IMG/VR virus record: IMGVR_UViG_3300028394_000042
Source: a virus
DNA length: 64,000 nt
Direction: 5' to 3' (one strand)
A program made the translations under genes and the position numbers. The notes beneath the pieces were generated by a model that saw nothing but the letters and a program-made list of their open reading frames with translations, did no database searches and had not been told where the DNA came from. Positions 46,171 through 53,330 of this stretch are shown one piece after another; the first letter of the stretch is position 1; each line of letters opens with the position of its first letter.

Positions 46171-46336
46171 GCGAGCTACCTCCTGAGAAAGAAAACCGGG
46201 TGGGCCTTTTACGCCCCAGCCCTTATCTGAGACTATCTGCAGATCTTCTCAGTGCTCCTCCACGCATTCGCACGCCACCGAGTTCCCCGGCAGTCGGCGA
46301 ATGAAACAAAGTAGCGCCCGGTTATTTCCACCACAT

Positions 46337-46410
<74 letters not shown>

Positions 46411-46599
46411 CTAGAGACCCCGTTGCAATTTAACCCTGCGCACACGGGATAACATGCGCGGGGCGATGGTGTTACACATAATCTCGTATGCCGGCGACTA
46501 CCCCTGACTGGCATACAATATCCGAACTTTTGCACATCATCAACTAGCTGGCAATACCGGCTAGTTGGGTATGCACTGGCGTTGGACGACCAGATGGAA

Positions 46600-46911
46600 G
46601 CCTGCCGTACCTAGCGCAGCCTTACCCTGCCGGGCCTAACCGTGCCTGCCTGTCCACGGCTGGCCGAGCCCTGCCTTGCCACTACCACGCCTGCCAAGCC
46701 CGACCCAGTCATGCCTGTCCTGACCGAGCCGTGCCTAGCCGAGCCTGCCGTGCCCTGCCGCCCGTTCCCAGACTAGCCGGGGCATGCCCGCTCCGTGCCT
46801 GCCGTGCCTTACCCTGCCGGACCAAACCTTGCCACGCCTAGCCGAGCCTGCCGTGTCTAACCGCGCCCGTCCAAGCCACACCCTGCCGAGCCTAACCGCG
46901 CCTGCCGTGTC
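46600..46911 (-). ncRNA. GGY-NN pentamer guide-like array: 6 units delimited by 7 GGCAGGC motifs (VIPR-like vrRNA array)
   Basis: GCCTGCC on + at 46600, 46644, 46689, 46743, 46797, 46846 and 46900; spacing 44, 45, 54, 54, 49, 54 (4+5n except one); starts right after the partner gene stop. Confidence 0.85.
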
Positions 46912-46914
46912 TTA

Positions 46915-47376
46915 TCAGGCCCGCGCAGCTTGCCGGTTAGTACGGCGAGCCACGCGGTCAATCGCGGTAAACACAGGAGTTAACTCCTGCAAGGTCTGAT
47001 ACTTTCGCCGAACCCGCTGAAACTCTTCCAGACCCTGCTCTAGTAACTGTGCCCGCATGTCCTCGTCACTCATCACGTCTTCCAGCGTGCGATAACCGCC
47101 GCCGGTGTGACGATCAGATTTGAGAGAGACATACATCGGCACCGTTACATCGCCGCCCGCGGTGGGCAGCACATTGATATTTAAACGGATCACACGTCGG
47201 GCCTGCTCCAGTCGGTACTGATGCGCCGCTTTCGTGTTATTCCATTCGAACTCGCCGTGCAGCGCCGTGTTGCGGTTGCGGGCAAACTCAACGATAGCTT
47301 CAGGCAGTAGCTGCCCGTCGTTGTCGTTGCGGATCTGTTCAAGTTCCGCCCGAATCCTATCTTTGTTCTTTGACAT
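46915..47376 (-). CDS. accessory protein of the RAMP/array locus
   Basis: helical protein with LH..FEW....AA..YRL.QAR..IR; lies between the RAMP gene and the array. Confidence 0.8.
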   Translation of the reverse strand: MSKNKDRIRAELEQIRNDNDGQLLPEAIVEFARNRNTALHGEFEWNNTKAAHQYRLEQARRVIRLNINVLPTAGGDVTVPMYVSLKSDRHTGGGYRTLEDVMSDEDMRAQLLEQGLEEFQRVRRKYQTLQELTPVFTAIDRVARRTNRQAARA

Positions 47377-47393
47377 CACGTTTCCTTTTGGTG

Positions 47394-48149
47394 TCAATTA
47401 CGCACGCACTCAAAGTGCCCCCAACCCATACCGCACGAGTTAGGCGAATCAGCCCGACCTTCGCCAACGCCTACCTGCATGCCGGCACGCAGCATGAGAT
47501 TGGCAATGTCCGCAGGAGTGAACATATCCGCGTCAAAGCGGATACGAACCTTGGCTTCCCACGTGTCATACATAGCTCGAACCCTGATGTCGGCAACACC
47601 CGTGGCATTGCGCACCGTATGTTCAACGTGCCTTGGGACTGCATCCACCAGCTTACCGCGAGAATTCCGAGATTGAAGCCGGATTAGCGGCGTACCCTCA
47701 AACCTGTCAAACCCGTCCGCCTCCACAAAAACAGCCTTCTTGGCCTTGGTTTTGTGGAACCCGACCACCACGCAGGAGTCGACCAGCGCGTTGCGGAGCG
47801 CGCCTGCCGGGATACCGCACCACCCCTGCTTCGACTTGTGCTGAGCCTCTTCGAAGTTGGCGTCGAAGTCCTTAGCTTCGCGCTTCTTTCCCTTGCCGGC
47901 CGTGGAGCCAGCGGCCTGTTTTTCGCGCATTATGTTCCGAGCCTTGGCGCCGAACGCCAGCTGAACATATGGCGCCGTGCCGCGGATAAGGATCTCCACG
48001 GTCTTGAAGTTCGGCGCCGTGATAGTGACGCCAAGCCGATCAGATACAACTGCGTCGCTCTTATCGTCCTTTGGGCTGAGATGCTTTTCAACCTCGACCT
48101 TGACCTTGGTCTTCGTCGTCTTCTTTGCGCCCTTCAAAAGAGATGCCAT
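47394..48149 (-). CDS. stand-alone RAMP/Cas7-like RNA-binding protein (Vipr-like)
   Basis: beta1 IRGTAPY, GIPAGALRNAL (IPxxxLK/R helix motif), terminal glycine loop GMQVGVGEGR..GMGWGHF. Confidence 0.75.
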   Translation of the reverse strand: MASLLKGAKKTTKTKVKVEVEKHLSPKDDKSDAVVSDRLGVTITAPNFKTVEILIRGTAPYVQLAFGAKARNIMREKQAAGSTAGKGKKREAKDFDANFEEAQHKSKQGWCGIPAGALRNALVDSCVVVGFHKTKAKKAVFVEADGFDRFEGTPLIRLQSRNSRGKLVDAVPRHVEHTVRNATGVADIRVRAMYDTWEAKVRIRFDADMFTPADIANLMLRAGMQVGVGEGRADSPNSCGMGWGHFECVRN

Positions 48150-48389
48150 ACAATTCCTTTAGAGTTAGAGACAAAAACCCGCGCAGCAACAAGCTGGCAG
48201 GCACACCGCATCAAAAGTCTCGCCGCAGGGCTGTGGTCCTAGCGAGCATATTGATATCTATATCCGACCGGGCCGCATGCAGCGAACCGGCCATAGATAG
48301 CAATACTTCTACTACTCTCCCACTGTTTAAGGAGGCTGACTTCCCCCTGCATTTCGCAGCGCTGTTACACACGCTGCCGAGACAAGAAA

Positions 48390-48788
48390 CTATCGCGAGT
48401 ATCGCTTGCAGGCGTAATACCGGCCGTTCCGGTAAGTTACGCCTTGATCGACGACCGAGCCGCCGTTACGCGGTCGGCAGCAATTGTTAAGCGCAGCCGA
48501 TGGAGATGATCCCATGCCTACGCCCTCAAAACTGCTGTTGCCGCCGAAATGCTGGCACAACCCCGAGTTTGCCATCAGCTCACTAACTCCTTGTGCCGTG
48601 GAGTTGTTTGCTGCTGCGCTGCGGCGCCCAGTATGCCTGCTGCGGCACTTGCTGCAGTCGCACTGGTTCGCCACCGTGTATTCCTCATACACGGGGGCCT
48701 GCCCAAATACCGTGGTCACACCCACGGCAAAGAACACGCCCAGAATCAGAGCAACCAACAGAATCCGCATATCCGACTTTTTCATCAT
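48390..48788 (-). CDS. secreted Cys-rich protein
   Basis: signal peptide; H.GG..FEGVG..A.NNCC..YAC (CAP-like). Confidence 0.65.
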   Translation of the reverse strand: MMKKSDMRILLVALILGVFFAVGVTTVFGQAPVYEEYTVANQCDCSKCRSRHTGRRSAAANNSTAQGVSELMANSGLCQHFGGNSSFEGVGMGSSPSAALNNCCRPRNGGSVVDQGVTYRNGRYYACKRYSR

Positions 48789-48890
48789 TTTCCTCCGTGA
48801 AACCAAATACCGCGGGTGTGCACGGTACTCAAGAAAAACGCCCCACACCGGGCAAGACGGTATACCAAAGCCTAGGCGCGTTTGCCTAGG

Positions 48891-49238
48891 CTACTGTTGC
48901 GTTTCACGCCGCAGCGTTTGCATCGTGCGGTACCAGTCCCGGCTAATCCGGTCTCTGATGCGCAACACACGTTGCCTGAGCCAGCGCCGTACCATAAGGT
49001 ATGGCGTATTCAGGCCCGTCTCGTTCAAGTACTTGTTATACGACCACATGATTGCTTCGTCAGACCCTCCGTCTGTAATGGCGATATCGCAGGCCGTGCA
49101 GTACGAACAAGGCACAGACCACAACGGGACTTGATGCAGCACGCCATCAACCCGCATGGCCCACGTGTCGTTGAAGCTGCTGGCAATCATCGGCTCGCCG
49201 CAGACATAGCACTTAGTGTGCTTGTACTTTGCCGTCAT
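48891..49238 (-). CDS. YgiT/MqsA-type zinc-finger protein
   Basis: CYVCGE..VPCSYCTACD; AGGAGG RBS. Confidence 0.6.
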   Translation of the reverse strand: MTAKYKHTKCYVCGEPMIASSFNDTWAMRVDGVLHQVPLWSVPCSYCTACDIAITDGGSDEAIMWSYNKYLNETGLNTPYLMVRRWLRQRVLRIRDRISRDWYRTMQTLRRETQQ

Positions 49239-49527
49239 GTTGCACCTCCTTGAACCGCGGGAACCGGGCATTGCAGTCTGGGCACGCATACTCCCAGACT
49301 CCGTCATACCGCCCTTGGATCTCAATGCCGATGAGGCGGCTGAAACTGTAAGGCGGACTGTAGTTTTCTACAATCCACGCTTTCAGCTCCTCAGCCGATT
49401 TATCCGCGCACCATTTTTGGGGCCTTAAGCCATCAAAAATGCGACCAGCGCACCAGTTGGTGCCGCACTCGGGGCATGACCCAAAGTGGTTTAAGTGGTC
49501 TAAGTTGTCTAACTCTGTCGCGCTCAT
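49213..49527 (-). CDS. zinc-ribbon phage protein
   Basis: CPECG..FSRLIGIE..YDGV..CPDC. Confidence 0.65.
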   Translation of the reverse strand: MSATELDNLDHLNHFGSCPECGTNWCAGRIFDGLRPQKWCADKSAEELKAWIVENYSPPYSFSRLIGIEIQGRYDGVWEYACPDCNARFPRFKEVQHDGKVQAH

Positions 49528-49545
49528 AGACTACCTTCCTTCCAA

Positions 49546-49629
49546 TAGCCGGGGCGGGGTATGATCCCGCACGGGATTGCTCCCCCGGGATTTTAAATCC
49601 CGTGCGTCTGCCAATTTCGCCACCCGGCC
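49546..49629 (-). tRNA. tRNA-Leu(TAA)
   Basis: cloverleaf with long variable arm, anticodon loop TTTAAAA, atypical T-loop ATCATAC. Confidence 0.85.
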
Positions 49630-49667
49630 GGGGTTCCCACATTTAACGCCTGCGGGGCGGCGAGACA

Positions 49668-49994
49668 TCACTTACCTGACAACCCCACCCACGCCTCAAA
49701 GGCTGCAATTGAGCCGTGGCAACCCGCCGGTGCTCGGTTATAAAACCAGCGCACGTATAGCGGAATTAACGGCAGGTTATCTGCGTCTGCGTGCCCTACG
49801 GCGTTGCGCAGATCATTACAGATTACCGACGTCAGAAAGTCCACGTAGTGCAACCGCGGAGGATTGCCAGTTATTCCGCCGGGATACGGCGGCTGTCGAT
49901 CTATCACATACCGCCTGATTGTTTCCTGCATATGCGCAGGAATGACGGCATACTCCCCGGTAAACCACTCGGCTACCGGATATTCGAAGTCCAT
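49668..49994 (-). CDS. conserved hypothetical phage protein
   Basis: FL..V..NDL..AV..AD..N..Y..APA.C.GS motif. Confidence 0.7.
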   Translation of the reverse strand: MDFEYPVAEWFTGEYAVIPAHMQETIRRYVIDRQPPYPGGITGNPPRLHYVDFLTSVICNDLRNAVGHADADNLPLIPLYVRWFYNRAPAGCHGSIAAFEAWVGLSGK

Positions 49995-50281
49995 GCAACA
50001 TTCTCCCTTTCTTGGGTGTTAACCCATATGTACTGCTGTTCTCCAACTTGGCAATACCAGTGTTTCCCATCGTTCCAATAGATGGGCGTAACGGCCTGCT
50101 GCTCCGGCGGCATCACTGGCTTCTGGGCGGTGTGCGCCACAGGAGACGATACAGGATGTTCCTTCCTGTAGTCCTCATAGCCCTGCCAAAGAACCACGAG
50201 CGCCGTCAACAAAGCCGTCACGAACCCCACTGCATTCCCCTTCATGATCATCCACTCCTTGGTATACGTGTTTTCATCCAT
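49973..50281 (-). CDS. small membrane protein
   Basis: one TM; start probably at MIMKG after AAGGAG. Confidence 0.55.
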   Translation of the reverse strand: MDENTYTKEWMIMKGNAVGFVTALLTALVVLWQGYEDYRKEHPVSSPVAHTAQKPVMPPEQQAVTPIYWNDGKHWYCQVGEQQYIWVNTQERENVAWTSNIR

Positions 50282-50294
50282 GAAAACAGAACAT

Positions 50295-50368
50295 TGGAGC
50301 CTCTGGGGATCGAACCCAGAACCCTCGGATTAAAAGTCCGATGCTCTAACCAGTTGAGCTAAGGCTCC
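50295..50368 (-). tRNA. tRNA-Lys(TTT)
   Basis: GGAGCCTTAGCTCAACTGGTTAGAGCATCGGACT-TTT-AATCCGAGGGTTCTGGGTTCGATCCCCAGAGGCTCCA. Confidence 0.93.
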
Positions 50369-50404
50369 GCGCTATTTACCACTTTCCAGAAAGTGGTAAA
50401 TACG

Positions 50405-51016
50405 CTATTTCACACGGACAAACGGCCAGTTGCACCGCCCGTCTGGGCAGTCATTCTTGACCTCTGCGGGCGCGCCGTCAAGGACGCCGGCAAGACTGTC
50501 GTCATCCTCGCTACGCTCTGCCATGAACGGCAGGGTTCCTGCGACGGGCTCCGGTTTCGTGATAACCAGATGCACCCGCCACTTGCCGCCCTCGTACCAG
50601 AATTTCTGCTGGTACTCCACCTCTTGCCACTCGGGCAAGAGAGCCGAATGGTGCCTGAAGTTCAAGCCCGGCTTTTTGGGCTTGTGGTCTTCCTCGTTGT
50701 TCGGCCGGGTTGATTGCCGGACGAGGAAGGTCGCTTCTGGCGGGCTGAAGTTCAACAATTCAAACTTCTCCAGCTTCATCAGCACACTGGTCTCGTCGAA
50801 CATCTTCTGGGCCTCCCCAGCGAACTCCAATCCTTGGGCGCGGGTGCCTACCCGCTTGGAGATCGTACTCATAAGAGCGCGAAGATCTTTGTCTTCGCAT
50901 GCTTTGAAGTTTTTCTCCAAAACCGACCGGCACTCGTCTTTGACGGTGCCGAACTTTTGCGCCTCTGCCACGCCGGCGCAGCACAACACCAACACAACAG
51001 CCAAGAAATTCTTCAT
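50405..51016 (-). CDS. secreted NTF2/SnoaL-like protein
   Basis: signal peptide (AEA/Q), NTF2-like alpha-beta pattern, C-terminal CPDGRC. Confidence 0.6.
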   Translation of the reverse strand: MKNFLAVVLVLCCAGVAEAQKFGTVKDECRSVLEKNFKACEDKDLRALMSTISKRVGTRAQGLEFAGEAQKMFDETSVLMKLEKFELLNFSPPEATFLVRQSTRPNNEEDHKPKKPGLNFRHHSALLPEWQEVEYQQKFWYEGGKWRVHLVITKPEPVAGTLPFMAERSEDDDSLAGVLDGAPAEVKNDCPDGRCNWPFVRVK

Positions 51017-51074
51017 CTTACTCTCCCCAAAAAGTTACCGAAGCCCAGCAAATACACATTTGCATGGTGCAATA

Positions 51075-51103
51075 AATATGCCCGCTTATTTCTAGAAATT
51101 TAG
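51075..51103 (-). promoter_or_regulatory. phage-type promoter P4
   Basis: CTAAAT-N17-CATATT. Confidence 0.65.
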
Positions 51104-51119
51104 CGCGGCAGATTTTTGT

Positions 51120-52235
51120 TTATTGCGCAGCTTCAACAGCTTTTTCGGGGAGCGTATACCAGCCTTTGTCGTACAGCTGGTGGATTTTCTGGAAGGCGTC
51201 GTCGTATCGGGCACCGCAAGCTTCTAGGCTGTATGTCTCGCGGGCTTCTTTTGCGATTATGCGCCGGTCTAAGCTCGGGACTTTTTCCAGCGCTGTTAAC
51301 CAGTCAGACAGAGTCTTGCACCTGTAACCGTTCACGCCATGCTTAACAGTCTCCGCGAAAGCACCGTAATCGACTGAGACCAACGGGGTGCCACACAACA
51401 ACCCCTCTACGCCAGAACCGCCAAAGGGCTCAATGAAGTTCGTGGGCATAAGTGAGCAGATGGCGTTGCGCATGAACTCACTGCGGGCTGTACCTGAGAT
51501 TGGCCCCCTGTATTCGATGTTCGGGTGCGCCCAGTGCGTGTGATCTCCTTGGCCGTGCAGGATGATCTTAGGGCTGCCGGGTGGAAGGAACTTAGCCAGT
51601 TCATAGATAGTGTGCAGACCCTTACACTCGGCTATGCGCCCCAGAAACGCGTAATACTGCCCCGGCTCAAACTTGGGGCGCCAGTCGTTGATCTCGAAGT
51701 AGTTGGGAATAACCCACTCGTAGTTCCCGGCTTGGCGATTGTCTTTGCCTGAGTGAAAGTGGCGCCACGCATAGCTTTCGAAGATCTTGACCATTCTGGG
51801 TACAGTCGTCGGGTACCCAATGCCAGTTTCGACGTGGATATGATTCGGGAACACGTCGAGCAGGATAGAGTGCGCGTGACCAAAGGGGTGGCAAATGATG
51901 TCCTTTGGCTGGACACGCGCTTTCATGGCTGCAATAAGCCGGCGCTCGAATTCACCGTGTTGGGGCGAGCCTAAGTTAGCTGAATCTCCGTAGAAGTCCT
52001 TTTCGCTTTTACGGGCGACCATCTCTTCCAGTTCAGCCTTGGTCAGCATCACGAACTTTTCTTGAGCTTCACTTTCGCTACCCTCGTTGGCGTACTCCAC
52101 TACAGGATAGCCATACATCTGCAGCATCTTGGAGAACCGCAGCGCTTTGCCAGTAAAAGCACAGTGCGAGTAAGCCTGCGAATGGATCGTGTGGAAGATA
52201 CCAACGAGATGCAGCGTGGGCTTTGTTACAGACAC
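51120..52235 (-). CDS. GT-B glycosyltransferase (GT4-like)
   Basis: FLGRI..KG, EPFG..VE...GTP, E...G.NGY. Confidence 0.9.
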   Translation of the reverse strand: MSVTKPTLHLVGIFHTIHSQAYSHCAFTGKALRFSKMLQMYGYPVVEYANEGSESEAQEKFVMLTKAELEEMVARKSEKDFYGDSANLGSPQHGEFERRLIAAMKARVQPKDIICHPFGHAHSILLDVFPNHIHVETGIGYPTTVPRMVKIFESYAWRHFHSGKDNRQAGNYEWVIPNYFEINDWRPKFEPGQYYAFLGRIAECKGLHTIYELAKFLPPGSPKIILHGQGDHTHWAHPNIEYRGPISGTARSEFMRNAICSLMPTNFIEPFGGSGVEGLLCGTPLVSVDYGAFAETVKHGVNGYRCKTLSDWLTALEKVPSLDRRIIAKEARETYSLEACGARYDDAFQKIHQLYDKGWYTLPEKAVEAAQ

Positions 52236-52260
52236 AGAGCACTCCTTTGCCAGATATAGC

Positions 52261-52704
52261 TCAAGACTTAGCAGCGAACGGAAATACAGTCTGGGCGCTG
52301 TTTTGCGCTTGTTCGGCCTCTAGTTTATCGGCAGCAGCACGAAGTTGCGCGGCTAATTTCTTGCGGGCAGACTCAGACGGAGCTGGGACGCTGAGGGTGT
52401 ACGAGTCTTTGGGGCCGAACCTAACTGTAATGCCGTCGATGTTTGTCTGGACGCCAAGTGGTGAGAAGATACCTACAAACCGGCGCAGCGCTGTGTTCTC
52501 GGCAAGAATAGACGTGATGGCGTTGGCCAGTTCGGCAATACGGGGATCTTCAAACACAGGCCGGGCAACAGAGTTAGTGAGGTGAAACAAGCTGCGCAAG
52601 CTGGATACGATGCTGTCTACAGGAGGCAACGTGAAAGCTTCTACACGGGGGAAAGCTGCTTCTGTCTTTGGGTGTTTGCAGCACGCGCCGGGTTTGTTGC
52701 ACAT
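52261..52704 (-). CDS. hypothetical protein
   Basis: AGGAG RBS. Confidence 0.6.
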   Translation of the reverse strand: MCNKPGACCKHPKTEAAFPRVEAFTLPPVDSIVSSLRSLFHLTNSVARPVFEDPRIAELANAITSILAENTALRRFVGIFSPLGVQTNIDGITVRFGPKDSYTLSVPAPSESARKKLAAQLRAAADKLEAEQAQNSAQTVFPFAAKS

Positions 52705-52712
52705 GAGGGCTC

Positions 52713-53330
52713 CTAGGGTAAAGATAACTTAACGCGCTTCACGGCGTTGTGCTCGGCTAAGTAACAACTGGCGCATACGGGCACGTACTTTTCTTCAAAA
52801 CCAAGTTCTATAGCGGGGCCGTCTAGCGTGGGCTGACCATTGCGTAGCTTAAGGTTGAACACAGCTTTTTGCAAGCAATACATGCACACTGTTTTGACCT
52901 CTTCCAGCACGTCGGCCAGTTCAAGTAAGCGCGCTGAAGCTGGGAACGCCCGCCGCCTGAAGTCAGTGCGCAGGCCATAGCATATTACAGGCACGCCCTC
53001 GCGGTTATAGGGCTGATACGTGCAAGCATGGGCAACGCAGTGCAGCTGGTCTATGGCTTCAACAGAAAGAAACTGGGCCTCGTCTACAAGCACGCACACG
53101 ACGCCGGCCATATCTGGAAGTTTCATTGGCCCCGTGGCTGGGACCAGCAAGTCAGCTGTAGCTTCAAGGCCAGCCCGCGTCTTAATGATATCTTTACCGT
53201 ACCGCGTGTCTATTTCTGGCTTGAGCAAAAGGACTTTCTTGCCCTGTTGCCTGTAGTTATGCGCTACTGCCAGTAAGTTCAAGGTCTTTGCGCTGCCGAC
53301 AGCCCCATACCGAAAGTACAGCTTAGCCAT
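52713..53330 (-). CDS. tdk: thymidine kinase
   Basis: YGAVGSAKT, VDEAQF, YGLRTDF, Zn lasso CxxC..C..C. Confidence 0.95.
   Translation of the reverse strand: MAKLYFRYGAVGSAKTLNLLAVAHNYRQQGKKVLLLKPEIDTRYGKDIIKTRAGLEATADLLVPATGPMKLPDMAGVVCVLVDEAQFLSVEAIDQLHCVAHACTYQPYNREGVPVICYGLRTDFRRRAFPASARLLELADVLEEVKTVCMYCLQKAVFNLKLRNGQPTLDGPAIELGFEEKYVPVCASCYLAEHNAVKRVKLSLP

Noticed and set aside
46853-46899. Concatenated NNs of unit 1 begin GCTATCAG, matching part of the cassette 15-mer
   Set aside because: Only 8 nt match, the match does not extend, and it assumes ungapped pairing; probably chance.
46600-46911. Classical CRISPR array or simple microsatellite
   Set aside because: There are no 23-47-bp direct repeats with unique spacers. 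Conservation is a 3-of-5 periodic pattern with variable dinucleotides, so it is not a slippage repeat either.
46784-46999. 71-aa plus-strand ORF (MPAPCLPCLTLP...)
   Set aside because: Translation artefact of the pentamer array, antisense to the operon.
49433-49642. 69-aa ORF over 49546-49629
   Set aside because: Overlaps tRNA-Leu and the start of the real downstream gene.
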